Below are positions 10,070 to 19,218 of a stretch of 64,000 nucleotides of DNA, in pieces; the stretch's first letter is position 1, and each line of letters begins with the position of its first letter. The position numbers and the translations under genes are program-made. The notes below the pieces were generated by a model. The model saw only the letters and a program-made list of their open reading frames with translations. It was not told the DNA's origin and made no database searches. The stretch is from Bacteroidales bacterium (GTDB lineage Bacteria; Bacteroidota; Bacteroidia; Bacteroidales; UBA932). Location: NCBI GenBank assembly GCA_004552965.1, contig SFMU01000002.1:3344-67343 (forward strand). Direction: 5' to 3'.

Positions 10070-11046
10070 TGACATCTGACGGAAAGATAAAGGCCGGCAT
10101 CATCGGCGGAGCCGGATACACTGCCGGTGAACTCATCCGGATCCTGGTCAACCATCCTGCGGTATCTCTAGGGTTCGTGCATTCCACCAGCAATGCCGGG
10201 AACAAGCTCTGCAGCGTGCACTCGGGTCTCATCGGCGACACGGACATGGTCTTCAGTGACACTTACGACCTCTCATCTGTCGATGTCCTCTTCCTCTGCT
10301 CCGGTCACGGAAAGAGCACTGCCTTCTGGGCGGAGAACAGCAGGCCGGAAGGCTTGAAGGTCATCGATCTGGCGCAGGACTACCGTGACGAATCCGAGGG
10401 CTATGTCTATGGGCTTCCTGAAATCAACAGGGAGAGGATTGCAGGAGCCATGCTGGTAGCCAATCCTGGCTGCTTCGCCACCTGCATCCAGCTTGCTCTC
10501 CTTCCTCTTGCGGCAGCCGGGAAGCTGACTGCGGAGGTCAATGTGACTGCCATCACCGGCTCCACCGGTGCCGGAGTCAAACCGGGAGCGACAACCCATT
10601 TCAGCTGGCGCAACAACAATGTCTCAGTGTACAAGGCTTTCGGACATCAGCACCTCATCGAGATAGGAATGAATGTCCACAAGCTTCAGGGCAGCTTCGA
10701 CAAGGAAATCAACTTCATCCCGGTCAGGGGAGACTTCGCCCGTGGCATCCTGGCTTCCCTCTACACCGAGTCCGACATGACTGCAGAAGAGGCAACGGCT
10801 CTGTACAGGGACTTCTACAAAGATGCGGCCTTCACATTCGTCTCGGACTCCAATGTAGACCTCAAACAGGTCGTGAACACCAACAAGGCCGTGCTTTCCA
10901 TCGAAAAGCATGGAACCAAGCTGCTTGTCAATTCCGTCGTGGACAATCTCCTGAAGGGGGCTTCCGGCCAGGCGGTGCAGAACATGAACCTGATGTTCGG
11001 ACTTCCTGAGAAGACCGGCCTCAATCTGAAGGCCTCTGCATTCTGA
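10069..11046 (+). CDS. argC: N-acyl-gamma-glutamyl-phosphate reductase
   Basis: IIGGAGYTAGEL, VANPGCFAT, DNLLKGASGQAVQNMN. Confidence 0.97.
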   Translation: MTSDGKIKAGIIGGAGYTAGELIRILVNHPAVSLGFVHSTSNAGNKLCSVHSGLIGDTDMVFSDTYDLSSVDVLFLCSGHGKSTAFWAENSRPEGLKVIDLAQDYRDESEGYVYGLPEINRERIAGAMLVANPGCFATCIQLALLPLAAAGKLTAEVNVTAITGSTGAGVKPGATTHFSWRNNNVSVYKAFGHQHLIEIGMNVHKLQGSFDKEINFIPVRGDFARGILASLYTESDMTAEEATALYRDFYKDAAFTFVSDSNVDLKQVVNTNKAVLSIEKHGTKLLVNSVVDNLLKGASGQAVQNMNLMFGLPEKTGLNLKASAF

Positions 11047-11086
11047 CCAGGAGACATCCGAACACCTTAGTATCAATCCCTTTGCA

Positions 11087-12211
11087 ATGAATCTTTTTGA
11101 CGTATATTCACTCTATGATGTCGTCCCTGTGAAGGCCAGTGGCGCCAGGGTCTGGGACGACAAGGGACAGGAATACCTCGACCTTTACGGTGGCCATGCC
11201 GTGATCTCGATAGGCCATTCACATCCCGACTATGTGGCTGCCATCACCGACCAGCTGGGCCGCATCGGTTTCTATTCCAACAGCGTGGTCAATCCTCTGC
11301 AGGAGGAACTTGCCCGTAAGCTGGGCGAGGCTTCCGGTTATGAGGATTATTCCCTGTTCCTGGACAATTCCGGAGCCGAATCCAATGAGAATGCCATGAA
11401 ACTGGCTTCCTTCCACACCGGCAGGGACCGTATCGTCGCTTTCCGCAAGAGTTTTCACGGCAGGACTTCGGGTGCAGTCGCCGTCACTGACAATCCCAAG
11501 ATTGTCTCTCCTTTCAATTCCCATCACAAGGTCTCTTTCTGCGAACTTGAGGATGCGGCAGGAGTAGAGGCTGAACTCATGAAAGGCGACGTCGCAGGTG
11601 TGATCATCGAAGGAATCCAGGGTTGCGGAGGCATCAATGTCCCGACCGCTTCCTTCATGCAGACTCTCGCCGCCCTCTGCCGCAAGTACGGCACCGTGCT
11701 CATCCTCGATGAGGTGCAGAGCGGCTACGGCCGGACCGGCAGGTTCTTTGCCCATCAGTGGTACGGCATCAGGCCGGACATCATCACGATGGGGAAAGGC
11801 ATCGCGAACGGCTTCCCTTGTGGCGGAATCCTGATCTCTCCGGAGTTCAAGGCGGTCAAGGGGATGCTGGGCACGACTTTCGGCGGCAACTATCTTGCGA
11901 TGGCGGCTGCAATCTCGGTCCTGGATGTCATCGCGAAGGAGAATCTCGTGGAGAATGCCCTGAAGGTGGGTGAGCATATTCTTGCTAATATTCCCGCCTC
12001 CGACAGGATAAAGGAGGTGAGGGGAAAGGGTCTTATGATCGGCATCGAGTTCAACGAAAGCGTGGCTCCCCTCAGGAAGGAACTCCTTTTTGAAAAACAC
12101 ATATTCACAGGTGTGGCCGGGTCTACGATGATCCGCCTGCTGGCTCCTCTCTGCATCGGAACCGAGGATGCCGACACATTTATCAAAGCATTGAAAGAAG
12201 TATTGTCATGA
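11087..12211 (+). CDS. argD: Acetyl/succinylornithine aminotransferase (class III)
   Basis: NSGAESNENAMK, LILDEVQSGYGRTG, MGKGIANG, GTTFGGN. Confidence 0.93.
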   Translation: MNLFDVYSLYDVVPVKASGARVWDDKGQEYLDLYGGHAVISIGHSHPDYVAAITDQLGRIGFYSNSVVNPLQEELARKLGEASGYEDYSLFLDNSGAESNENAMKLASFHTGRDRIVAFRKSFHGRTSGAVAVTDNPKIVSPFNSHHKVSFCELEDAAGVEAELMKGDVAGVIIEGIQGCGGINVPTASFMQTLAALCRKYGTVLILDEVQSGYGRTGRFFAHQWYGIRPDIITMGKGIANGFPCGGILISPEFKAVKGMLGTTFGGNYLAMAAAISVLDVIAKENLVENALKVGEHILANIPASDRIKEVRGKGLMIGIEFNESVAPLRKELLFEKHIFTGVAGSTMIRLLAPLCIGTEDADTFIKALKEVLS

Positions 12212-13173
12212 GAAAATTTTTCAACGTGGGTGACATCGGTGACATCGCCGCCGCCCTTGAAGAGGCCCGTGAGGTGAAAAAGAACAGGTTCGCCTGGAAG
12301 CACCTCGGGGAGAACCGGACCATAATGCTCGTTTTCTTCAACAGCAGCCTCAGGACGCGCCTGAGCAGTCAGAAAGCGGCTACCAACCTGGGCATGAACC
12401 CGATTGTGCTGAACATCGGCCAGGAGAGCTGGAAGCTTGAGACAGAGCTTGGCGTCGTCATGGACGGCGACAGGGGCGAGCATCTGCGCGAGGCTATCCC
12501 TGTGATGGCAAGCTATTGCGACATCATCGGAGTGCGCAGTTTCGCCGGCCTGAAGGATCGTGAATATGATTACTCGGAGACTGTCCTCAGCCAGTTCATC
12601 GAATATTCCGGCAAGCCCGTCATCAGCCTTGAATCGGCCACTGTCCATCCTTGCCAGGCTTTCGCCGACCTGATCACCATCGATGAGTTCAAGAAAAAGG
12701 CCCGTCCGAAGGTCGTCCTCTCCTGGGCTCCACATCCGAAGGCTCTTCCCCAGGCTGTCCCGAATTCATTCGCGGAATGGATGAATGCCGCCGATGTGGA
12801 TTTCGTCATCACCAATCCTGAAGGCTATGACCTGGATCCGAAGTTCGCCGGTGACGCCATCGTCGAACACGACCAGATGAAGGCTCTCGAAGGGGCTGAT
12901 TTCGTCTATGCCAAGAACTGGAGCTGTCCGGGAGTCAACAATCCTGACGACTATGGCAAGATCCTCAGCAAGGATCCTTCCTGGACCATCGATGCAAAGC
13001 ATATGGCTGTCACCGACAATGCCTTTTTCATGCACTGCCTGCCGGTCAGGCGCAATGTGATAGTCAGCGACGAGGTCATCGATTCGCCGCAGAGCATCGT
13101 GATCCCTGAGGCTGCCAACCGTGAGATCTCGGCTCAGGTCGTGATGAAAAGGATGCTTGAGAGCCTCAAATGA
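12208..13173 (+). CDS. argF: N-acylornithine carbamoyltransferase (ArgF'; probably N-succinylornithine type)
   Basis: FFNSSLRTR, WKLE..GVVMDGD, HPCQ, HPKALPQAV, HCLPVRRN of the AOTCase/SOTCase family. Confidence 0.93.
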   Translation: MRKFFNVGDIGDIAAALEEAREVKKNRFAWKHLGENRTIMLVFFNSSLRTRLSSQKAATNLGMNPIVLNIGQESWKLETELGVVMDGDRGEHLREAIPVMASYCDIIGVRSFAGLKDREYDYSETVLSQFIEYSGKPVISLESATVHPCQAFADLITIDEFKKKARPKVVLSWAPHPKALPQAVPNSFAEWMNAADVDFVITNPEGYDLDPKFAGDAIVEHDQMKALEGADFVYAKNWSCPGVNNPDDYGKILSKDPSWTIDAKHMAVTDNAFFMHCLPVRRNVIVSDEVIDSPQSIVIPEAANREISAQVVMKRMLESLK

Positions 13174-13967
13174 GCCGGTTGATGAAAGAGAAACTCAACA
13201 TAGTCAAGGTCGGCGGTGCTATCGTCGAGAAGGAGGAGTCCCTGGCTCCTCTTCTCAAGTCTTTCGCCGCCCTCCCCGGTTTGAAGATCCTTGTCCACGG
13301 CGGTGGCAAGATCGCTACCTCGATTGCCGCCAGCCTCGGGATCGAGACTCAGATGATAGGAGGCCGAAGAGTCACGAGCGCCAGGATGCTGGAGGTCGTC
13401 ACAATGGTCTACGGAGGTCTTGTCAACAAGAATCTCGTGGCTCGTCTTCAGGCAATGGGCCTTGATGCCATAGGCCTGACCGGAGCCGACCTGGACATCA
13501 TAAGAAGCGTGCGCAGGCCTGCCGAACCGATTGATTTCGGTTTCGTGGGAGACGTCCGGAAGGTGAATGCAGAAGCCCTGCGCGACCTGCTCGCAAGGGG
13601 ATCGGTCCCTGTGCTGGCCCCTCTTACCCACGACGGGAATGGCACGATCCTCAACACCAACGGAGACACCATAGCCTCATCGGCGGCTAAGGCGCTTTCT
13701 GAATATTTTGACGTCACCCTGACCTTCTGCTCGTCGACACCGGGAGTTATGGCGGACATCGCGGATCCGGACAGCCTCATCCATCGGATCACACCTGAGG
13801 TCTACAGGAAACTGGTCGCCGAAGGGGTCATCTCCGACGGGATGATTCCCAAGCTTGACAACGCCTTCGAGGCAATCGGCGCAGGGGTGACCAGAGTCGT
13901 GATCACATCCGCATCCGACATCGCCGGCGGCACCGAAATCCTGGGACAGGAACAGGACAACGGGTAG
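13170..13967 (+). CDS. argB: N-acylglutamate kinase
   Basis: IVKVGG, VHGGGK, GRRVT, LNTNGD, GMIPK; start could be 13182. Confidence 0.95.
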   Translation: MSRLMKEKLNIVKVGGAIVEKEESLAPLLKSFAALPGLKILVHGGGKIATSIAASLGIETQMIGGRRVTSARMLEVVTMVYGGLVNKNLVARLQAMGLDAIGLTGADLDIIRSVRRPAEPIDFGFVGDVRKVNAEALRDLLARGSVPVLAPLTHDGNGTILNTNGDTIASSAAKALSEYFDVTLTFCSSTPGVMADIADPDSLIHRITPEVYRKLVAEGVISDGMIPKLDNAFEAIGAGVTRVVITSASDIAGGTEILGQEQDNG

Positions 13968-15020
13968 ATGCAGAAAGATATGGACACTCTCGGATTGCTC
14001 AAGAAACTCGTTTCGATACCTTCCTTCAGCCGGGAAGAAGGCCCGGCCTGCGATTTTCTGGAAGGCTGGATGAAAGAAGCCGGCCTTGGGGAAGTCCACC
14101 GCATCGGGAACAATCTCTGGGTGGAATCCTCTCCTGCCGACGACCGGCCCGTGATTCTGCTCAATGCCCACATCGACACTGTCAGACCCGCATCGGGCTA
14201 CACCCGTGACCCCTTCTGCGCAACCGAGGAAGACGGTCGTCTATATGGCCTCGGAACCAACGACGACGGTGGCTCCCTGGCGGCTCTCATTCAGGTTTAT
14301 GCCCTTCTGAAGGACACCCCGCAGCCTTATCGGCTGATTCTCTCCGCTACGGCTGAGGAAGAAGTCAGCGGCAGGGGAGGGCTGGATCTGCTCCTGCCGG
14401 AAATCGGCAGGGTGGATTTCGGAATCATCGGCGAGCCTACCGGGATGCGTATGGCTGTCGCCGAAAAAGGTCTGATGGTGCTGGACTGTGTCTCTTTCGG
14501 CAAAAGCGGCCATGCCGCCAGAAATGAGGGCGTCAATGCTATCTATGAGGCTCTGGGACCGATCGACTGGTTCAGAAACCATGTCTTCGACAGGGTCAAT
14601 GACTTTCTGGGACCGGTCAAGATGACCGTCACCCAGATCGATGCCGGGACCCAGCACAATGTCGTGCCTGACCGGTGCACCTTCGTGGTCGACGTTCGTC
14701 CGAACGGGATGTACACCAACCCGGAACTCCTTGCCATGATCAAGGATTCCGTCAATTGCGAGGTGAAGGAACGCTCCACCAGAATAGACAGTTCATCCCT
14801 TCCGATGGACCATCCGGCAGTCGTGCGCGGACTCTCCCTCGGGCTGGAACCTTTCGGTTCGCCGACAACCAGCAACCAGGCTGTCTGCCCGTTCCCAACC
14901 CTGAAAATCGGCCCTGGAGAGTCTTCCAGATCGCATTCGGCCGATGAATACATCGTCCTTGACGAAATCTCGGAAGGCGTCAGAATCCTGACCGAACTTC
15001 TGAACGGACTCGAATTATAA
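13968..15020 (+). CDS. argE: M20 metallohydrolase, acylornithine/acylcitrulline deacylase
   Basis: NAHIDTV, GLGTNDDGGS, AEEE, GEPT, HSADE; arg operon context. Confidence 0.88.
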   Translation: MQKDMDTLGLLKKLVSIPSFSREEGPACDFLEGWMKEAGLGEVHRIGNNLWVESSPADDRPVILLNAHIDTVRPASGYTRDPFCATEEDGRLYGLGTNDDGGSLAALIQVYALLKDTPQPYRLILSATAEEEVSGRGGLDLLLPEIGRVDFGIIGEPTGMRMAVAEKGLMVLDCVSFGKSGHAARNEGVNAIYEALGPIDWFRNHVFDRVNDFLGPVKMTVTQIDAGTQHNVVPDRCTFVVDVRPNGMYTNPELLAMIKDSVNCEVKERSTRIDSSSLPMDHPAVVRGLSLGLEPFGSPTTSNQAVCPFPTLKIGPGESSRSHSADEYIVLDEISEGVRILTELLNGLEL

Positions 15021-15050
15021 TCAACACTGAAAAATACACTGGACATTGCA

Positions 15051-16382
15051 ATGAAACTTTGGGACAAAGGCTACACCGTCGATGCGAAGATCGATGAGTT
15101 CACTGTCGGAAATGACCGCGTGCTGGATCTTTCTCTGGCCCCATTTGACATTTTGGGCACGATTGCCCACATCACCATGCTGGAAAGCGTGGGCCTGCTT
15201 TCCAGGGAAGACCTGGCCGCCCTCCTTCCTGAACTCAAGTCACTTTACCGTCAGGCTGTGGCCGGCGATTTCGTGATAGAGGACGGAATCGAGGATGTCC
15301 ATTCCCAGGTCGAACTGATGCTCACCCGAAAACTCGGAGACATCGGCAAGAAAGTCCACACCGGCCGTTCCCGCAACGACCAGGTCCTTGTGGATCTGAA
15401 ACTCTTCGTCCGTGCCAGGATAGAAGAAACCGTAGGGAGGGTGGACTCTCTCTTCCGTACACTCCAGCAGGCCAGCGAGAAATACAAGGATGTCCTGATT
15501 CCTGGCTACACCCATCTGCAGGTTGCGATGCCGTCTTCCTTCGGCCTTTGGTTCGGCGCCTATGCGGAGAGCCTTGTGGATGACCTGACTGTCATGAAGG
15601 CCGCCTGGGATGTTGTGAACCTGAATCCTCTCGGTTCTGCTGCCGGTTATGGCTCGTCAGCTCCTCTGGACAGGACGATGACCACACGCCTGCTCGGTTT
15701 CGATGACCTCGACTACAATTCAGTATATTCCCAGATGACTCGCGGAAAGATGGAGCGTACGGTCGCATTCGCATATTCGTCTGTCGCTGAGACCGTAGGA
15801 CGCCTGGCTGTCGACGGATGCATGTTCTCGAGCCAGAACTTCGGCTTCATCCATCTTCCGGACTCGCTGACCACGGGCTCCAGCATCATGCCTCACAAGA
15901 AGAATCCTGACGTCTTCGAGCTCGTCCGCGCCCATTGCAACAAGATCCAGGGCGTACCTGCGACCATTCGCATGATCTGCGGCAATCTGCCTTCGGGATA
16001 TTTCCGTGACATGCAGCTTCTCAAGGAAGTCTTCTTCCCGATATTCAAGGAATTGGATGATTGCCTCGACATTGTCGAATATGCCGTCAAGGGCATGGAG
16101 GTCGCTTCAGACCTGATGTCTGACCCTAAGTACAAGCTCGCCTTCAGTGTGGAAGAAGTCAATCATCTGGTCGGGGAGGGCGTTCCGTTCCGAGATGCCT
16201 ATCGCCGGGTGGCCGATTCCATCCGGGAGGGCACCTTTGAGTATCATGGCGAACTGAAACACACCCACGAGGGCTCCATCGGCAATCTCTGCAATGACAG
16301 AATCGCAGCCAGGAAAGAAAAAGTTCTAGCAGGTTTCGGCTTCAGGAAGGTTTCCGAGGCTGTTTCCGGACTGGTTGATTAA
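15051..16382 (+). CDS. argH: Argininosuccinate lyase
   Basis: HTGRSRNDQV, PGYTHLQ, GSSIMPHKKNPDVFE. Confidence 0.97.
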   Translation: MKLWDKGYTVDAKIDEFTVGNDRVLDLSLAPFDILGTIAHITMLESVGLLSREDLAALLPELKSLYRQAVAGDFVIEDGIEDVHSQVELMLTRKLGDIGKKVHTGRSRNDQVLVDLKLFVRARIEETVGRVDSLFRTLQQASEKYKDVLIPGYTHLQVAMPSSFGLWFGAYAESLVDDLTVMKAAWDVVNLNPLGSAAGYGSSAPLDRTMTTRLLGFDDLDYNSVYSQMTRGKMERTVAFAYSSVAETVGRLAVDGCMFSSQNFGFIHLPDSLTTGSSIMPHKKNPDVFELVRAHCNKIQGVPATIRMICGNLPSGYFRDMQLLKEVFFPIFKELDDCLDIVEYAVKGMEVASDLMSDPKYKLAFSVEEVNHLVGEGVPFRDAYRRVADSIREGTFEYHGELKHTHEGSIGNLCNDRIAARKEKVLAGFGFRKVSEAVSGLVD

Positions 16383-16450
16383 AATCATCGGGGCAGACTA
16401 TTCACCTTTCTGCTGATTTTGCTTAAATTTGCAAGATTTATTTACATTTT

Positions 16451-18262
16451 ATGCAGGAAATTAGAAATATCGCGCTGATCGCCCATGTCGACCATGGCAA
16501 GACTACGCTGGTCGACAGGATGATCTATCAGGCCAACCTTGTCCGCCAGCCGGAGAATCTCGGTCAGCTTATTCTCGACAACAACGACATCGAGAGGGAG
16601 AGAGGCATAACCATTCTGGCCAAGAATGTGTCCGTAATTTATAAGGATGTCAAGATCAACATCATCGACACCCCGGGTCATAGCGATTTCGGAGGCGAGG
16701 TCGAAAGGGTTCTGAATATGGCGGACGGAGTGCTTCTGCTTGTGGATGCCTTCGAGGGCTGTATGCCTCAGACCCGCTTCGTGCTCTCCAAGGCTCTGGA
16801 TCTGGGAAAGAAACCGATTGTCGTGGTCAACAAGGTCGACAAGCCCAACTGCCGTCCTGACGAGGTTCAGGAAGAGGTCTTCGACCTGATGTGCGCCCTT
16901 GACGCTTCGGATGAGCAGCTTGATTTCAGGACCATATTCGGAAGCGCAAAGCAGGGATGGATGTCGGAAGACTGGCGCAATCCGACCTCGGACATCACCC
17001 CTCTCCTGGACGCCATCCTTGAGGAAATCCCTGCTCCGAAGGTAGTGGAAGGCACTCCTCAGATGCAGGTCACTTCGCTTGAATATTCACCTTATGTCGG
17101 CCGTATCGCTGTCGGAAAGCTGACACGCGGCGTCCTCAGGACAGGCCAGCAGGTTAGTCTCTGCAAACGCTATGATGTTATCGAAAAGCACAAGATCAAA
17201 CAGCTGATGGTCTTCGACGGTCTCGGAAAGGCCAACGTGGACAGTGTCCAGTGCGGTGACATCTGCGCTGTTGTCGGCATTGACGGTTTCGAGATCGGCG
17301 ACACGATTGCCGACATCGAGAATCCGGAAGCTCTCCCGCCGATCTCCATCGACGAACCGACGATGAGCATGCTCTTCACGATCAACAACTCGCCTTTCTT
17401 CGGAAAGGACGGAAAGTTCGTGACTTCGAGACACATCAAGGATCGTCTGGACAAGGAACTCGAGAAGAATCTTGCCCTCCGGGTCAAGCCGGGCCAGAAT
17501 GCCGATTCCTTCATTGTCTACGGCAGGGGCGTGCTCCATCTCTCCGTCCTCATCGAGGAGATGCGCCGCGAAGGGTTCGAACTGCAGGTCGGTCAGCCGA
17601 AGGTGCTTGACAAGACCATCAACGGCCAGCGTTGCGAACCTATCGAAGACCTTTCCATCGAGGTGCCGGACAATTTCGTGGGCACTGCCATCGAACTTGC
17701 CACCCGCCGCAAAGGGGCTCTGCTCCATATGGAACCGAGAGGAGGCAGGACTCTCCTGACCTTCGACATGCCGACCAGAGGCCTGATGGGACTTCGCAGC
17801 AATCTTCTGACCGCGACCCAGGGAGAGGCCATCATGGCTCACCGCTTCAAGGACTACCAGCCGTTCAAGGGCGAGATCGACAACCGTGTCAACGGTTCTC
17901 TGGTTTCCCTTGAGACAGGAACCGCAGTCGCATATTCGATGAACAAGCTGCTTGACAGGGGCAAGTTCTTTGTCGAGCCGGGCGAGGACATCTATTGCGG
18001 CCAGGTCGTGGGCGAGCACACCAGGGAGAGGGACCTGAACATCAATATCTGCAAGACCAAGAAGTTGACCAATGTCCGCGCTGCCGGTTCGGATGAGAAG
18101 GTCGCCCTTCCTCCTGCAATCAGGATGTCCCTTGAGGAGATGCTTGAATATATCCGTGAGGATGAGCTGGTCGAGGTTACCCCGCATTTCACCAGAATCA
18201 GGAAGATCCTGCTCGATCCGATGGACAGGAAGCGTTCCGGCAACTCTTCTGATGACGAATAG
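16451..18262 (+). CDS. typA: Translational GTPase TypA/BipA
   Basis: IAHVDHGKTTL, ERGITILAK, DTPGHSDFGGEVER, GRGVLHL, KKLTNVRA; TAAATTTG element upstream. Confidence 0.97.
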   Translation: MQEIRNIALIAHVDHGKTTLVDRMIYQANLVRQPENLGQLILDNNDIERERGITILAKNVSVIYKDVKINIIDTPGHSDFGGEVERVLNMADGVLLLVDAFEGCMPQTRFVLSKALDLGKKPIVVVNKVDKPNCRPDEVQEEVFDLMCALDASDEQLDFRTIFGSAKQGWMSEDWRNPTSDITPLLDAILEEIPAPKVVEGTPQMQVTSLEYSPYVGRIAVGKLTRGVLRTGQQVSLCKRYDVIEKHKIKQLMVFDGLGKANVDSVQCGDICAVVGIDGFEIGDTIADIENPEALPPISIDEPTMSMLFTINNSPFFGKDGKFVTSRHIKDRLDKELEKNLALRVKPGQNADSFIVYGRGVLHLSVLIEEMRREGFELQVGQPKVLDKTINGQRCEPIEDLSIEVPDNFVGTAIELATRRKGALLHMEPRGGRTLLTFDMPTRGLMGLRSNLLTATQGEAIMAHRFKDYQPFKGEIDNRVNGSLVSLETGTAVAYSMNKLLDRGKFFVEPGEDIYCGQVVGEHTRERDLNINICKTKKLTNVRAAGSDEKVALPPAIRMSLEEMLEYIREDELVEVTPHFTRIRKILLDPMDRKRSGNSSDDE

Positions 18263-18339
18263 AAAATCTCTTTGACAAAAGATTTTTTATTACTGAAATT
18301 ATTTGTATCTTTGCATCCCTAAATCTGTTTATCGGAACA

Positions 18340-18873
18340 ATGAACAATGAATTTATAGTCCCTTTGAATGGATTGGCGCAGGGTCGGACGGAGTTCCGCT
18401 GGCGCGTTGGGAAAGAGTTCTTTGACGGTTTTGAGAATTCAGAGATTCTGGACGCTGGTCTTGATGTCATCACCCGGGTCGAGAAGTCGGGCCATTTCAT
18501 AGGCGTCGACAGCGACATCAACGGTACCGTGACCGTGATCTGCGACAGATGCTCCGAAGAGTTGCAGCTGCCTGTGCAGACAGGTTTCTCTCTCAGTGTA
18601 AAGTTCGGCCCCGAGGCTTCTGAAGAAGGCCTGACCGATGAGCACGAGCGCGAGATAGTCTGTCTTTCCGAATCGGACACCGACCTGGACCTCAGTCAGA
18701 TAATCTATGATTATGTCTGTCTGTCCCTCCCGGTGCAGAGAGTCCATGAAGAAGGCGGTTGCAATCCCGAAGCCTTGAAATTCCTGAATTCCGAAGAACT
18801 GTCCGGGAAGGACGATGACGATGACTCCTCGCTGCCGTTTGCCGCACTGAAGAGCCTGCTTGAAAAGAAATGA
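18340..18873 (+). CDS. DUF177/YceD family 23S rRNA accumulation protein
   Basis: CDRC motif, LSLP, C-terminal PFAALKSL; conserved position upstream of rpmF. Confidence 0.88.
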   Translation: MNNEFIVPLNGLAQGRTEFRWRVGKEFFDGFENSEILDAGLDVITRVEKSGHFIGVDSDINGTVTVICDRCSEELQLPVQTGFSLSVKFGPEASEEGLTDEHEREIVCLSESDTDLDLSQIIYDYVCLSLPVQRVHEEGGCNPEALKFLNSEELSGKDDDDDSSLPFAALKSLLEKK

Positions 18874-18894
18874 TAATATTAAGAATATTTAACT

Positions 18895-19074
18895 ATGGCA
18901 CATCCGAAACACAAAGTCTCAAAGCAGAGAAGAGACAAGAGAAGAACCCATGATCATGCTGCGGTTCCTACTCTCGCTACCTGCCCTAACTGCGGAGCAA
19001 CTGTGATGTATCATCACGTATGCCCTGAGTGCGGCTACTATCGTGGTCGTCAGATCATCGAGAAGGAAGCGTAA
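18895..19074 (+). CDS. rpmF: 50S ribosomal protein L32 (zinc-binding C+ type), 59 aa
   Basis: Manual translation MAHPKHKVSKQRRDKRRTHDHAAVPTLATCPNCGATVMYHHVCPECGYYRGRQIIEKEA. Confidence 0.97.
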   Translation: MAHPKHKVSKQRRDKRRTHDHAAVPTLATCPNCGATVMYHHVCPECGYYRGRQIIEKEA

Positions 19075-19093
19075 TCGCAGACATAAACTTGTC

Positions 19094-19165
19094 GGCCCCT
19101 TAGTTCAACGGATAGAACGGAGGTTTCCTAAACCTTAAATAGTGGTTCGATTCCACTAGGGGCTA
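19094..19165 (+). tRNA. tRNA-Arg(CCT)
   Basis: Cloverleaf: acceptor GGCCCCT/AGGGGCT, anticodon arm GAGGT-TTCCTAA-ACCTT, T arm AGTGG-TTCGATT-CCACT; CCA not encoded. Confidence 0.95.
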
Positions 19166-19174
19166 CTTTCAAAG

Positions 19175-19213
19175 AAGAGGCTGGCCATCGACATACTGAT
19201 GGTCAGCCTCTTT
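19175..19213. terminator. Hairpin terminator between tRNA-Arg and the convergent kinase gene
   Basis: AAGAGGCTGGCCATC ... GATGGTCAGCCTCTT inverted repeat. Confidence 0.75.
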
Positions 19214-19218
19214 CATTT

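Noticed and set aside
19094..19218. tRNA-Arg (and tRNA-Gln at 44631) as island integration sites
   Set aside because: Each is followed directly by a terminator and a core gene; I saw no duplicated tRNA 3' end
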